A stretch of DNA of 64,000 nt from Virgibacillus sp. (GTDB taxonomy: Bacteria > Bacillota > Bacilli > Bacillales > Amphibacillaceae). The position numbers were made by a program, and so were the translations under genes. The notes under the pieces are model-generated. The model made no database searches and was not told the origin of the DNA. It saw only the letters and a list, made by a program, of their open reading frames with translations. Shown piece by piece: positions 31,310-44,865 of the stretch; the stretch's first letter is position 1; each line of letters opens with the position of its first letter. Where the stretch lies: positions 18,582 to 82,581 of the forward strand of contig DATGUN010000088.1 of assembly GCA_035301285.1 (NCBI GenBank). Reading direction: 5' to 3'.

Positions 31310-32338
31310 ATGAAAGCTTTAATGGAAATGCAAAAGAAATTGTATCCAGACATTCTACATGTGATAGAAAGACGCTATTCCATTTTAAGCAGTGTGGAAC
31401 TGTTTCAACCCATAGGCAGAAGAAGCTTGTCGGAAAACACAAACACATCTGAACGAATTGTACGCAGTGAAGTCACTTTTTTACACAAACAGGGATTGAT
31501 CGATATTACAACTAAGGGAATGCATATTACAAAAGAGGGGACACTTGTTTTAGGGCAACTTGCACAATTTATGAATGAAGTAAGTGGATTGGCAACATTA
31601 GGGAAGAAGCTGGAACAAGAACTCCCTGTCCAAAAGGTAATGGTTGTTCCCGGTGATAGTGATGTATTTACATGGGTCAAACAAGAGATGGGAAAAGCAT
31701 GTGTAAGTTATTTAAAATCATCTATTAAAGCTGATTACACGATTGCGGTTACCGGCGGGACTACAATGGCAGCTCTAAGTGATGTCATGTGTCCACTTTC
31801 TGTGGGTGGTAACGGGTTGTTTTTACCTGCACGAGGTGGCCTTGGTGAAAATGCTGAAAATCAGGCCAACTCGATTGCTGCAGAAATGGCGCGAAAAGCT
31901 CATGGCACATACCGTCAATTATATGTCCCTGACCCGCTCAGTGAGACATCGTATCAAACCATCATCAAAGAACCAGCTATCATTGATGTTCTGGAGCGCA
32001 TTAAACACTCAGACGTTGTGATTCATGGTATCGGTGATGCCCTGACAATGGCGACTCGCCGTAAAACCACATCTGATGTTCTGGAAAAATTGACAAAAGA
32101 AGATGCGGTCAGTGAAGCTTTTGGATATTATTTTAACGCCGGTGGTGACATTGTTCATAAAGTACGGACAGTGGGCATCCACCTGGAGGACCTGTCAGGG
32201 GTAGAAACCGTCATTACGATGGCCGGTGGGAAGTCGAAGGCCAAAGCGATCACGTCGTACTTCAAACACGCAAAAAGTGATTTGCTGATTACGGATGAAA
32301 CAGCTGCAAACGAGATATTAAGGGGTATATCCCTTTAA
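31310..32338 (+). CDS. cggR: Central glycolytic genes repressor (SorC/DeoR type)
   Basis: 342 aa. N-terminal wHTH plus a sugar-phosphate-binding domain (VTGGTTMAA). GAAGGAG 9 nt before ATG 31310. Precedes gapA. Confidence 0.9.
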   Translation: MKALMEMQKKLYPDILHVIERRYSILSSVELFQPIGRRSLSENTNTSERIVRSEVTFLHKQGLIDITTKGMHITKEGTLVLGQLAQFMNEVSGLATLGKKLEQELPVQKVMVVPGDSDVFTWVKQEMGKACVSYLKSSIKADYTIAVTGGTTMAALSDVMCPLSVGGNGLFLPARGGLGENAENQANSIAAEMARKAHGTYRQLYVPDPLSETSYQTIIKEPAIIDVLERIKHSDVVIHGIGDALTMATRRKTTSDVLEKLTKEDAVSEAFGYYFNAGGDIVHKVRTVGIHLEDLSGVETVITMAGGKSKAKAITSYFKHAKSDLLITDETAANEILRGISL

Positions 32339-32357
32339 AATATATATCATTATTTAG

Positions 32358-33380
<1,023 letters not shown>

Positions 33381-33395
33381 AAGGAATGTGTGAAG

Positions 33396-33433
33396 GAGGG
33401 AAGGAGCCGAATCCTTCCCTCTTTTCTCTTTTT
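33396..33433 (+). terminator. Hairpin and U-tract between gapA and pgk (partial terminator or processing element)
   Basis: GAGGGAAGGA pairs with TCCTTCCCTC, followed by TTTTCTCTTTTT. Confidence 0.7.
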
Positions 33434-33535
33434 GATTTTTAATATCTGTTTACTCGAAAACAATTTTTGGGTAACGTATAATAGATTTGATAAGGGAATA
33501 CATAATAAAGGTTAATAAAGGAGGTTATGTGCGAT

Positions 33536-34717
33536 ATGAACAAACAAACATTACATGATTTAGATGTGCAAGGTAAACGTGTTTTTTGCCGCGTGGATTT
33601 TAACGTTCCGATGGAAGACCGTGTCGTCATTGATGACACGCGAATCAGAGCCGCGATACCAACCATTGAATTTCTTTCAACCCAAGGGGCAATCGTTATA
33701 TTGGCCAGCCACTTGGGACGTCCAAAGGGCCAGGTGGCAGAAGAACTGCGTCTTGATCCTGTTGCCTCACGCCTAAGTGATCTACTTGGAAAAAACGTCC
33801 TTAAAACGGATAGTGTTTATGGCGAAGAAGTTGATACAGCACTTTCATCAATGACTGAAGGGGATATCTTGCTTCTTGAAAATGTCCGGTTTGAGCCGGG
33901 TGAAGAAAAAAATGATCCGGAATTATCCAAACAATTTGCACGGATGGCAGATGTTTATGTGAATGATGCGTTTGGGGCAGCACACCGTGCACATGCATCA
34001 ACGACCGGTGTGGCAAAATGGCTCCCTTCAGCTGCCGGATTTTTGATGGAGAAAGAATTGAATGTCCTATCAAAAGCTTTAGAAGACCCCGATCGACCAT
34101 TTACAGCCATTATCGGTGGAGCAAAAGTGAAAGATAAAATTGATGTCATCGACCATTTGTTGGATAAAGTCGATCATCTTCTTATTGGAGGTGGATTGGC
34201 TTATACATTTGTGAAAGCAAAAGGGTATGAAATCGGGAAATCATTATTGGAAGAAGATAAATTGGAGCTTGCAAAATCATTCATGGAAAAGGCTGTAACG
34301 AATAACGTCAATCTCCAATTGCCGATTGATGTTGTCGTGGCTGATGATTTTTCCGATGAAGCAGATACAAAAATTGTTCCAATCGACCAAATTCCTTCTG
34401 ATTGGGAAGCGTTGGACATTGGTCCGGAAACACGCAACAATTATGAAAAAATAGTGAGCGAATCGAAACTTACCATCTGGAATGGACCGATGGGCGTGTT
34501 TGAAATGAACCCATTTGCAGGGGGAACAAGAGCTGTGGCCAAAGCACTAGCTGATGCGGATGGATTTACCATTATTGGTGGAGGTGATTCCGCCAGTGCG
34601 GTTGAACAATTTGGTTTTGCAGATGATATGGATCATGTTTCGACAGGGGGCGGTGCATCGCTTGAATTTATGGAAGGAAAAGTACTGCCTGGAGTCGACG
34701 CTTTAGCAGATAAATAA
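33536..34717 (+). CDS. pgk: Phosphoglycerate kinase
   Basis: RVDFNVP and ASHLGRPKG motifs. Start MNKQTL at 33536. Confidence 0.97.
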   Translation: MNKQTLHDLDVQGKRVFCRVDFNVPMEDRVVIDDTRIRAAIPTIEFLSTQGAIVILASHLGRPKGQVAEELRLDPVASRLSDLLGKNVLKTDSVYGEEVDTALSSMTEGDILLLENVRFEPGEEKNDPELSKQFARMADVYVNDAFGAAHRAHASTTGVAKWLPSAAGFLMEKELNVLSKALEDPDRPFTAIIGGAKVKDKIDVIDHLLDKVDHLLIGGGLAYTFVKAKGYEIGKSLLEEDKLELAKSFMEKAVTNNVNLQLPIDVVVADDFSDEADTKIVPIDQIPSDWEALDIGPETRNNYEKIVSESKLTIWNGPMGVFEMNPFAGGTRAVAKALADADGFTIIGGGDSASAVEQFGFADDMDHVSTGGGASLEFMEGKVLPGVDALADK

Positions 34718-34740
34718 ATGAGATGATGGGAGTTGTTTGC

Positions 34741-35499
34741 ATGCGAAAGAACGTTATTGCCGGAAATTGGAAAATGAATAAAACATTGAAAGAGGCTGTT
34801 GCCTTTGTTGATGAAACATCCAAAAAAGTGCCATCCGAAGATAATGTGGAAACGATTGTTTGTGCACCATTTCCTTTTCTTCACACACTTGTGGAAGGTG
34901 CGAAAGGTTCAAGTTTAAAAATAGGCGCACAAACCATGCACTATGAAGAAAACGGGGCATATACAGGTGAAGTCAGTCCTCTTATGCTGCAAGAAATAGG
35001 TGTTACACATGTTGTTATCGGTCATTCAGAACGCAGGCAATATTATAATGAAACAGATGATTCGGTGAACAAAAAAGTACATGCTGCTTTTTCGCATGGG
35101 TTGACTCCTATTGTATGTGTAGGGGAAACTTTGGAACAACGTGAAGCAAATGAAACTATGACACTTGTTGAAAAACAGGTTGAAACGGCATTGTCGGGTT
35201 TATCCAACGAACAAGTTGCACGTGTCATCATTGCTTATGAACCGATTTGGGCCATTGGCACAGGTAAAACGGCGACGAGTGATGAAGCGAATGATGTATG
35301 TACACATATACGCCATGTTGTAAAAGAAATGACATCCAATCAGGTCGCAAGTGACGTCAGGATTCAATATGGTGGCAGTGTCAAACCTGCAAATGTCGAT
35401 GACTTGCTTGGGAAATCAGATATTGACGGCGCGCTTGTCGGTGGTGCGAGTTTGGAAGAAGATTCTTTTCTTCAGTTAGCTGAGGCGGGTAAAAAATGA
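34741..35499 (+). CDS. tpiA: Triosephosphate isomerase
   Basis: AGNWKMN, IGHSERR and [11 protein letters not shown] motifs. Confidence 0.97.
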   Translation: MRKNVIAGNWKMNKTLKEAVAFVDETSKKVPSEDNVETIVCAPFPFLHTLVEGAKGSSLKIGAQTMHYEENGAYTGEVSPLMLQEIGVTHVVIGHSERRQYYNETDDSVNKKVHAAFSHGLTPIVCVGETLEQREANETMTLVEKQVETALSGLSNEQVARVIIAYEPIWAIGTGKTATSDEANDVCTHIRHVVKEMTSNQVASDVRIQYGGSVKPANVDDLLGKSDIDGALVGGASLEEDSFLQLAEAGKK

Positions 35500-37028
35500 A
35501 GACCCCTTTAGGAGCGATCATTATTTTGGATGGTTTCGGCTGGCGTGAAGAAGCAAAAGGCAATGCCGTCAAACAAGCACGTAAGCCTCATTTCGATCGA
35601 TTGTGGGATGCATACCCACATAATCAACTACAGGCAAGTGGTGAAGCGGTCGGACTTCCCGAAGGACAAATGGGAAATTCCGAAGTGGGTCATTTAAATA
35701 TTGGTGCCGGACGTATTGTTTATCAAAGTTTGACACGTATCAATAAATCAATTGAAGATGGATCGTTTTTTGATATTGAAGCATTTACGGATGCGATGGA
35801 ACAGGCTAAAACAAACCGAAAAGCCCTTCATATTTTCGGTTTGTTGTCTGATGGTGGCGTCCATAGTCATATCGACCACTTATTTGCTTTGTTGAAACTT
35901 GCAAAAGAACGGCAACTTGACAAGGTGTATGTCCATGCATTTTTGGATGGACGTGATGTTGGACAACAATCCGCTGGTCAATATGTAGAACAACTAAAAG
36001 AAAAAATGGACGTGTATGGTGTCGGGGAACTTGCAACCATCTCCGGTCGTTATTATGCCATGGATCGTGATAATCGCTGGGACAGGGAGAAGAAAGTATA
36101 CGACGCCATCGTATATGGAAAAGGTCCAAAAGCGAATGATCCGGCGGATGTTATCAAGGACTCCTATGAACAAAATGTCTTTGATGAGTTTATGATACCG
36201 ACCGTTATGACAGATGATAATGACAATCCCGTCGGCAAAGTTGAAGATGGGGACTCGATTATATTTTATAATTTTAGGCCAGACCGCGCCATCCAGATTT
36301 CGAGAGCATTTACCGAACGAGATTTCAAGGAATTTGATAGAGGAAAACAACCTCCTGAAAATGTCCACTTCGTCATGATGACGAAATACAGTGATATGAT
36401 AACGGGAGATGTCGCGTTTAAACCAGTCGATTTGAATAATACAATCGGAGAAGTCATTTCCAAACAAAACATGAAGCAATTACGGATAGCAGAAACTGAA
36501 AAATATCCTCATGTCACTTATTTCATGAGTGGTGGGCGTAATGAAGAATTTCCGGGTGAAAAACGCATTTTAATCGATTCACCTAGTGTTGCCACATATG
36601 ATCTGAAACCGGAAATGAGTGTATATGAAGTGACCGATGCATTACTGGACGAACTTGACGAACAGCGGGAGAATGCTGTTATCCTTAACTTTGCCAACCC
36701 AGATATGGTTGGTCACTCCGGTATGCTGGAACCGACTGTTAAGGCCATTGAAGCAGTTGATGAATGTTTGGGGAAAGTCGTCGATAAAATCACGGAACTT
36801 GGTGGATATGCTGTTATTTTTGCAGATCATGGTAATTCAGATGAAGTGGTGACTTTGGAAGGGAAACCGATGACCGCCCATACAACCAGTCCTGTGCCGG
36901 TAATTGTCACCAAAAAGGGTGTGCAGCTCAGGGATGGCGGTATATTAGCTGATGTAGCACCGACATTGCTTGATTTACTGGATGTGGAAAAACCTGATGA
37001 AATGACAGGTTCATCATTAATAAAATAA
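35496..37028 (+). CDS. gpmI: 2,3-bisphosphoglycerate-independent phosphoglycerate mutase
   Basis: [19 protein letters not shown] and ADHGN motifs. The ATG overlaps the tpiA stop (ATGA). Confidence 0.97.
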   Translation: MKTPLGAIIILDGFGWREEAKGNAVKQARKPHFDRLWDAYPHNQLQASGEAVGLPEGQMGNSEVGHLNIGAGRIVYQSLTRINKSIEDGSFFDIEAFTDAMEQAKTNRKALHIFGLLSDGGVHSHIDHLFALLKLAKERQLDKVYVHAFLDGRDVGQQSAGQYVEQLKEKMDVYGVGELATISGRYYAMDRDNRWDREKKVYDAIVYGKGPKANDPADVIKDSYEQNVFDEFMIPTVMTDDNDNPVGKVEDGDSIIFYNFRPDRAIQISRAFTERDFKEFDRGKQPPENVHFVMMTKYSDMITGDVAFKPVDLNNTIGEVISKQNMKQLRIAETEKYPHVTYFMSGGRNEEFPGEKRILIDSPSVATYDLKPEMSVYEVTDALLDELDEQRENAVILNFANPDMVGHSGMLEPTVKAIEAVDECLGKVVDKITELGGYAVIFADHGNSDEVVTLEGKPMTAHTTSPVPVIVTKKGVQLRDGGILADVAPTLLDLLDVEKPDEMTGSSLIK

Positions 37029-38342
<1,314 letters not shown>

Positions 38343-38398
38343 GCGTTCATGATATTGGAACAGGTTATGGTTCCTTGGAAAAAATGAACCGAACCATG

Positions 38399-38441
38399 AT
38401 GTGAGCGGCTTGTACCAAGTGATTGGTCGAGTCGCTCATAT
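38399..38441 (+). terminator. Long imperfect hairpin after eno (weak U-tract)
   Basis: ATGTGAGCGGCT...AGTCGCTCATAT forms about 17 pairs including G-U, but is followed by only a short T-poor tail. Confidence 0.45.
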
Positions 38442-38564
38442 ATTATCCTTAACAGATCTTTCAATCATAATCATCCCTGGAATCCTTAATAAGCTGATTT
38501 ATGGTAAAATGGAAATAGTGTATGTTCTTTTCCAAGGCTATAAATTAAGCTAAAGGGTGTGACT

Positions 38565-39149
38565 ATGAAAAATATAGATATTATCAAAGAACGCAGGTCC
38601 ATCCATACATTTCAATCCAAAGAAATCCCGATGGAAATACTGGAAAATATATTTACATATGCGTCATACGCTCCAACTCATTATATGAAAGAACCATGGG
38701 AGATAAAACTCTATCAGGGTAAAGGGAAGCATCAATTGATATCACGTATTATAGAGAGCTATCAAAGACTTGGCATGATCGCTTCCAATCAAGACAAAAA
38801 GACACTGCAAACAATTCAATCCATATATCGCTTTTTGGATGACATTCCCCATCATGCTTTGATTTACTTTCCTCGGAATGAAAACCCTGTCCGTTATGAA
38901 GAAGACTATGCAGCAGTGTCAGCTTTTATCCAAAATGCACAATTAGCCGCTTGGGAGCATGGAGTTGGTATGCTATGGACGATTACACCGTATATGCATG
39001 ATCCGTTGTTTGTCTCCAGTGTTCAGTTGAATAGCGACCATGATAAAATAGCAGCTGTCATGCAAATCGGTTATCCTAAAAAAATACCACCAGCAAAAGA
39101 TCGGACCCCCATTCACGAAAAGCTTGAGATAGTCGATTCACTAGGTTGA
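38565..39149 (+). CDS. Nitroreductase family protein
   Basis: N-terminal IIKERRSIHTF and a C-terminal pattern typical of NAD(P)H nitroreductases. Confidence 0.75.
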   Translation: MKNIDIIKERRSIHTFQSKEIPMEILENIFTYASYAPTHYMKEPWEIKLYQGKGKHQLISRIIESYQRLGMIASNQDKKTLQTIQSIYRFLDDIPHHALIYFPRNENPVRYEEDYAAVSAFIQNAQLAAWEHGVGMLWTITPYMHDPLFVSSVQLNSDHDKIAAVMQIGYPKKIPPAKDRTPIHEKLEIVDSLG

Positions 39150-39457
39150 TGATGCATATCAGCTGTTGAGATGATTGCTTTTTCGCGGGATAAAGCAGGC
39201 GGTCCATAAAATACTGACGATAAAACCTTGTCAATCGGTTTCATTATATGCTAAAGTATTAGTAGCGATTTATCGTAGTGTAACGGGCTGTAAAATCCTT
39301 GCATCAAGAATGAAGAATGCGTCCAAAGTTCCAAGCAGAGGATTAACAGTCAGTAAAGGCCCGATTCGTTCATCTTACATTCAGTTGTCGATAAGAAGTA
39401 ATACCCTATTGAATGGAGGATCATTTTACGAGCGGTTTTAGGAGGTAGCATAAAAGT

Positions 39458-39688
39458 ATGGCCAACGTGATCAACATTATTCTTGTGATTGATGCAATCA
39501 TCATGATTATTTTAGTTCTTCTCCAGTCAGGGAAAAGTACTGGATTATCGGGCGCCATTTCAGGTGGTGCTGAACAACTATTCGGAAAGCAAAAAGCAAG
39601 AGGTGTCGACTTTATCTTACATCGAGGAACAGTAGTTGCAGGTGTGATATTCTTTCTTTTGGCTTTTATAAGCGGATATATTGTTTAA
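39458..39688 (+). CDS. secG: Preprotein translocase subunit SecG
   Basis: 76 aa with two TM helices and LLQSGKS..GLSGAISGGAEQLFG. Confidence 0.9.
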   Translation: MANVINIILVIDAIIMIILVLLQSGKSTGLSGAISGGAEQLFGKQKARGVDFILHRGTVVAGVIFFLLAFISGYIV

Positions 39689-39696
39689 TGGATGTT

Positions 39697-39730
39697 AAAC
39701 CCTTATTACCAAACGTGATAGGGGTTTTTT
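39697..39730 (+). terminator. Intrinsic terminator after secG
   Basis: AAACCCTTAT pairs with ATAGGGGTTT, followed by T-run. Confidence 0.75.
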
Positions 39731-39794
39731 ATTTTGGAATCGTGATACAATAGTGTTGAATAAAGAATAGATAAAGATTCAGGAGAGATGACGA

Positions 39795-40544
39795 ATGAAA
39801 ATCAAACAACCACAACCTTTTACATTTGAAGCGGGGAATCGTGCTGTGCTGCTCTTACATGGTTTTACAGGGCATACTGCCGATGTCCGTATGTTGGGAA
39901 GGTTTCTGGAGAAAAAAGGGTATACCTCACATGCTCCCATCTATCGGGGACATGGATTGCCACCGGAAGAGCTGTTAAAAGCAAATCCTGCACAATGGTG
40001 GGAAGATGTTGAACAAGCATATAAACATTTAAAAAACCTTGGCTATGAAGAGATTGCTGTATGTGGACTATCGCTTGGCGGTGTGCTCGGTTTAAAACTG
40101 GCATATTCGGAAAAAGTAAAAGGAGTGGTTCCGATGTGCACACCGATGTTTTTTGATAATGAAACGCAACTATCACAAGGGTTTAAACGTTTCGCCACTG
40201 AATATAAGCAACTCCAGGAAAAAGAAGACCGTACAATCGAACGGGAAGTGACCACGTTGATTGATGATTCAGAAACACTTTTTGAACAGATCAGCGCGTT
40301 AATAAGAGATGTAAGTTCGCAGGTAGACACCATTTATACGCCAACATTTGTTGTTCAGGCAAGGAACGATGAAATGATCAACACAGACAGCGCCACATAT
40401 ATATACAATAATGTGGAAACGGATGAGAAAAGCATCAAATGGTACGAAGAATCCACTCATGTCATTACATTGGGTAAAGAAAAAGAACAACTGCACAACG
40501 ATATTTTTCAGTTTCTAGAATCGCTTGATTGGGAAACAGAATAG
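39795..40544 (+). CDS. Carboxylesterase (alpha/beta hydrolase, Est/YvaK-like)
   Basis: LLLHGFTG and nucleophile elbow GLSLGG; position between secG and rnr. Confidence 0.8.
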   Translation: MKIKQPQPFTFEAGNRAVLLLHGFTGHTADVRMLGRFLEKKGYTSHAPIYRGHGLPPEELLKANPAQWWEDVEQAYKHLKNLGYEEIAVCGLSLGGVLGLKLAYSEKVKGVVPMCTPMFFDNETQLSQGFKRFATEYKQLQEKEDRTIEREVTTLIDDSETLFEQISALIRDVSSQVDTIYTPTFVVQARNDEMINTDSATYIYNNVETDEKSIKWYEESTHVITLGKEKEQLHNDIFQFLESLDWETE

Positions 40545-40581
40545 AGTAGGTAAAAAATATGTGAAAAGGAGCGTGATATAT

Positions 40582-42711
40582 ATGGATACATCCATAAAAT
40601 CTCAAGTTCGATCTTACTTTAAAGAGCATGGGACACGTCCACTCCGAGTCAATGAATTAGAAACGGAATTAGAACTGCACCATTCAACAGAATTTAAAGA
40701 ACTTATCAAAGCGTTAAATGAACTGGAACAAGCCGGAGAACTTGTGAAAACACGCAAGAACAGATTCGGTCTTCCCGAAAAGATGAATATTGTTCGTGGT
40801 ACGATTCAAATGCATACAAAGGGATTTGCTTTTTTACTGCCTGAAGAAGAGGGACAAAAAGATATCTATATACATCCTTCAGACTTAAATGCAGCGATGA
40901 ATAATGATAAGGTCCTTGTGCGGTTGGAACGAAGCGGAGATCAATCACCTGAAGGGACGGTCATTCGGATATTGGAACGGGCTATCCACGAGGTGGTGGG
41001 GACTTTTTCCCGCAATAAATCATTCGGATTCGTCATTCCAGATGATAAGCGAATCCCGAATGATGTATTCATACCAAAAAGTAGTATGAATGGTGCGGTG
41101 GACGGGCATAAAGTCATAGCGGAAATTACGAAATACCCGGAAGAGACCAAAAGTGCAGAAGGCGAAATAACACAAATTCTTGGTCATAAAAACGATCCAG
41201 GCATCGATATCATTTCGATTATCTACAAACATGGAATCAAAATGAAATTTCCTGATGAAGTATTGGACCAAGCAAGCCGTGCACCTGAAGAAGTTTCAGA
41301 AGATGAAATAGCCGGTCGTTTGGATAAACGTGATGAAGTTATTGTAACGATCGACGGGGCTGATGCCAAGGATTTGGATGATGCGATTCATGTCCATAAA
41401 AAAGATAACGGGAATTATGTATTAGGTGTATACATTGCGGATGTTACCTACTACGTCAAAGAAAATTCCGTGATGGATAAAGAAGCATTCGAGCGTGGGA
41501 CAAGCGTTTATCTGGTTGACAGGGTCATTCCTATGCTTCCACATCGACTGTCCAATGGCATATGTTCATTGAACCCTCACGTTGATAGACTTACAATCGG
41601 CTGTGAGATGGAAGTGGATCCGAATGGGGATATTATTTCCCATAACGTATTTGAGAGTGTCATCCAATCAAAAGCCCGGATGACGTATACTGATGTGAAC
41701 GCCATACTCGTGGATGATGATCCAGTGCTAGAGAAAAAGTATGCGGATTTTGTTCCCATGTTTCGGGAAATGGAACAATTAGCTACAATCTTGAGGCATA
41801 AGCGCTTCGATCGGGGGGCTATCGATTTTGATTTCAAAGAAGCGGAAGTCGTTGTAGATGAAGAAGGAAAAGCAAAGGACGTCCTTATCAGGGAACGTTC
41901 CGTGGGGGAACGTTTGATTGAAGAGTTTATGTTGGCAGCAAATGAAACAATCGCAGAGCACTTCCATTGGATGGATGTCCCGTTTATTCATCGCATACAT
42001 GAGGATCCGGACGAGGATAAATTACAGCATTTCTTTGAATTCATTGCAGGACTTGGCTACCATGTTAAAGGTGTCGCCAATGAAATCCATCCCCAGGCGT
42101 TGCAAAAAGTACTTGATGACGTGCGAGGGGAAACAGAGGAAATGGTTGTTTCCAAATTGATGTTACGCTCGATGAAACAGGCTAAATATGACCCGCAAAG
42201 CATTGGACATTTTGGATTGGCGACGGAATTCTATACGCATTTTACATCACCTATCCGACGCTACCCTGATTTGATCGTGCATCGTCTGATACGGACATAC
42301 TTGTTTGAAAAACAGATGAATCAGAAGACAATACAAAAATGGAAAGATCGACTGCCGGATATTTCACGGCACACATCATTCATGGAACGTGCCGCGGTCG
42401 ATGCAGAAAGAGAAACCGATGATTTGAAGAAAGCTGAATACATGGAGGATAAAATCGGTGAAACGTATAACGGTATCATCAGTTCTGTGACGAATTTCGG
42501 TATGTTTGTCGAGCTGAATAACACGGTTGAAGGATTGGTCCATGTCAGCACACTGTCTGATGATTATTATCATTTTGATCAACGGAGTTATGCTCTGATT
42601 GGTGAAATGACAAATAAGATGTATCGTATCGGTGAAGAAGTAAACGTCATGGTCAATCATGTCAACTTGGAAGAACGAACGGTTGATTTTGTGTTAGCGG
42701 ATATGTCATAG
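40582..42711 (+). CDS. rnr: Ribonuclease R
   Basis: RNB domain ([11 protein letters not shown]) and C-terminal S1 domain ([15 protein letters not shown]). Start at ATG 40582 after AAAGGAG. Confidence 0.95.
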   Translation: MDTSIKSQVRSYFKEHGTRPLRVNELETELELHHSTEFKELIKALNELEQAGELVKTRKNRFGLPEKMNIVRGTIQMHTKGFAFLLPEEEGQKDIYIHPSDLNAAMNNDKVLVRLERSGDQSPEGTVIRILERAIHEVVGTFSRNKSFGFVIPDDKRIPNDVFIPKSSMNGAVDGHKVIAEITKYPEETKSAEGEITQILGHKNDPGIDIISIIYKHGIKMKFPDEVLDQASRAPEEVSEDEIAGRLDKRDEVIVTIDGADAKDLDDAIHVHKKDNGNYVLGVYIADVTYYVKENSVMDKEAFERGTSVYLVDRVIPMLPHRLSNGICSLNPHVDRLTIGCEMEVDPNGDIISHNVFESVIQSKARMTYTDVNAILVDDDPVLEKKYADFVPMFREMEQLATILRHKRFDRGAIDFDFKEAEVVVDEEGKAKDVLIRERSVGERLIEEFMLAANETIAEHFHWMDVPFIHRIHEDPDEDKLQHFFEFIAGLGYHVKGVANEIHPQALQKVLDDVRGETEEMVVSKLMLRSMKQAKYDPQSIGHFGLATEFYTHFTSPIRRYPDLIVHRLIRTYLFEKQMNQKTIQKWKDRLPDISRHTSFMERAAVDAERETDDLKKAEYMEDKIGETYNGIISSVTNFGMFVELNNTVEGLVHVSTLSDDYYHFDQRSYALIGEMTNKMYRIGEEVNVMVNHVNLEERTVDFVLADMS

Positions 42712-42724
42712 ATACGATATGGTA

Positions 42725-42759
42725 AAAGAGTGTTGATTTAAATAAACAACACTCTTTTT
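42725..42759 (+). terminator. Intrinsic terminator after rnr
   Basis: AAAGAGTGTTG pairs with CAACACTCTTT, followed by T-run. Confidence 0.8.
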
Positions 42760-42857
42760 AAATGGGTTAAATTAATGCGAAAATGTGGTATCATTTCAGA
42801 ATTCGCTGCATATGCTACCATTGATCACCCAAATGTTGCCCTAAGGAAAATTAATTG

Positions 42858-42886
42858 TTGACACTGAAATGTTTGTCCTTTATACT
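42858..42886 (+). promoter_or_regulatory. Near-consensus SigA promoter with no adjacent ORF
   Basis: TTGACA (42858-42863), 17-nt spacer, TATACT (42881-42886). The next credible start codon is about 350 nt downstream. Confidence 0.55.
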
Positions 42887-43240
42887 ACATAGTAGGATGT
42901 TAAAATCAATCAACAGCAAGCTATGGAAAAAAGTGATTTTTTTACTGGACAGAACAATAATTATTGGTGTATAGTAAATAAATTATATAGGGTAAGGACT
43001 ATTTTTTTACGACAATATGTTGCGTCAAGTAAACAAAGTATCCCTCATGCATATTGTGCGGCAAATGACCCTTTCCGTTATTTTTTAAAGAAAAAGTTGC
43101 CTTAGTGAAACAATTTAAGTAAATGACAATATAGTTATAAAGTAACTGTGTGAACACTCGTTTATACGGGAATAGTAATACCAATTGTCAAAGAAAAGTC
43201 GTGTAAACAAATGATAAGGGAAAAGAGGAGGATGATTGAA

Positions 43241-43984
43241 TTGGGTAAAGCTTTAACAGTACGGAATTTAACAGTCTCTTATGATAACCATACCGCACTG
43301 AAAGATATTAGCTTTTCAATTGATGAAGGCACACTTGTCGGAGTCATTGGACCGAATGGTGCGGGTAAATCAACATTGATGAAGGCGTTGCTCGGTTTGA
43401 TTGGTAAAGATTATGGAACCATTGAAATATTTGGAAAAACGATCAAACAAATACGCAAAAATATCGCTTATGTTCCACAGCGAAATAATATAGATTGGGA
43501 TTTTCCGATTAATGTTTTGGATACTGTATTATTAGGAACGTATCCTAAATTGGGCGTTTTTCACCGTCCCAAAAAAGAAGATCGGGAAAAAGCCCTTGAA
43601 TGTCTGGATCGGGTCGGACTTTCCGAATTCAGGAAACGGCAGATCGGAGAACTATCAGGTGGTCAGCAGCAACGTGTCTTTTTAGCTCGTGCATTGGCAC
43701 AGGAGGCAGACCTGTTTTTTCTCGATGAACCCTTTGTCGGTATTGATGCAACAAGTGAAAAAACGATCATCGGTATACTCAAAACATTACGTGACAACGG
43801 TAAAACGGTTATCGTCGTCCATCATGATCTTTCAAAGGCTGAAGAGTACTTTGACGATTTGATCCTTATCAACGAAAAACTGATTGATTTTGGACACACG
43901 AAAAAGGTGCTTGATCCTGAAACAATCACAAAGGCCTATCAATCAAAGATGCCCTTTTTACAGACAGCGGGAGTAGGTGTTTAA
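43241..43984 (+). CDS. Metal (cluster A-I) ABC transporter ATP-binding protein, probably Mn
   Basis: Walker A GPNGAGKST, LSGGQQQR and Walker B FFLDEP. The start is ambiguous (ATG 43211, ATG 43232, TTG 43241); TTG 43241 has the best SD spacing from GAGGAGG. Confidence 0.85.
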   Translation: MGKALTVRNLTVSYDNHTALKDISFSIDEGTLVGVIGPNGAGKSTLMKALLGLIGKDYGTIEIFGKTIKQIRKNIAYVPQRNNIDWDFPINVLDTVLLGTYPKLGVFHRPKKEDREKALECLDRVGLSEFRKRQIGELSGGQQQRVFLARALAQEADLFFLDEPFVGIDATSEKTIIGILKTLRDNGKTVIVVHHDLSKAEEYFDDLILINEKLIDFGHTKKVLDPETITKAYQSKMPFLQTAGVGV

Positions 43985-43985
43985 A

Positions 43986-44843
43986 GTGGAATTTATAGCA
44001 GATATCATGCACTATGGATTTTTGCAGAAGGCATTGTTTACATCTATTATGGTTGGCGTTGTATGCGGTATTGTCGGGTGTTTTATTGTTTTACGTGGTC
44101 TGGCTTTGATGGGAGACGCTATCTCACATGCTGTGCTTCCTGGTGTTGCCGTTTCTTTCATGCTGGATATCAGTTTTTTTTACGGGGCTGTCGCAGCCGG
44201 TGTATTAACGGCTCTTGGAATAGGATATGTAAACCAAAATAGCCGAATCAAAAGCGATTCATCCATAGGGATTGTTTTTACAGCGTTTCTGGCTTTAGGT
44301 GTTATCTTGATTGCTGAAGCCCATAGCCCGCTCAGTCTTGACAGTATTCTATTCGGCAACGTATTGACGGTTAAAACAGCGGATATGTGGTTGACACTTG
44401 GGGTTGGAGCGATTGTATTACTCGTTGTAATACTTTTTTTCAAGGAATTGCTAATCTCAACGTTCGATCCCACGATGTCAGCTGCTTATGGCTTGCCTAA
44501 CCGTGTGATCCATTATATGTTGATGATTTTGTTGACATTGGTAACAGTCGCATCCATGCAAACGGTTGGTGTTATATTGGTTGTAGCATTGCTGATCACA
44601 CCTGCATCCACTGCATTTCTGTTGACAAACCGTTTGTCGATCATGCTTGTTTTGTCATCTTTGTTTGGTGTCATATCAGGAATTGTCGGACTTTATTTCA
44701 GCTATGTCCATAATCTTCAATCTGGTGCGGTTATAGTGTTGACCTCATTTGTTTTGTTTATTGCAGTATTCTTTTTATCACCAAAACAAGGTGTCATTTG
44801 GAAGGCGGTCCGTTCAAGACGGAAACGAGCTAGTATTCATTAA
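43986..44843 (+). CDS. Metal ABC transporter permease
   Basis: 8-9 TM ABC-3 family permease. GTG 43986, 6 nt after GGGAGTAGGTG; GTG 43977 is also possible. Confidence 0.85.
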   Translation: MEFIADIMHYGFLQKALFTSIMVGVVCGIVGCFIVLRGLALMGDAISHAVLPGVAVSFMLDISFFYGAVAAGVLTALGIGYVNQNSRIKSDSSIGIVFTAFLALGVILIAEAHSPLSLDSILFGNVLTVKTADMWLTLGVGAIVLLVVILFFKELLISTFDPTMSAAYGLPNRVIHYMLMILLTLVTVASMQTVGVILVVALLITPASTAFLLTNRLSIMLVLSSLFGVISGIVGLYFSYVHNLQSGAVIVLTSFVLFIAVFFLSPKQGVIWKAVRSRRKRASIH

Positions 44844-44865
44844 GAAAAGGAGAGTGTCACCAGGA

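Noticed and set aside
39175-39441. 88-aa ORF between the nitroreductase gene and secG
   Set aside because: It has a TTG start without SD and a basic, low-complexity product. The region is better explained as a promoter plus structured leader.
42923-43105. 60-aa ORF in the leader of the Mn-type ABC operon
   Set aside because: It has no SD before the ATG, an odd composition, and overlaps the candidate operator sequences.
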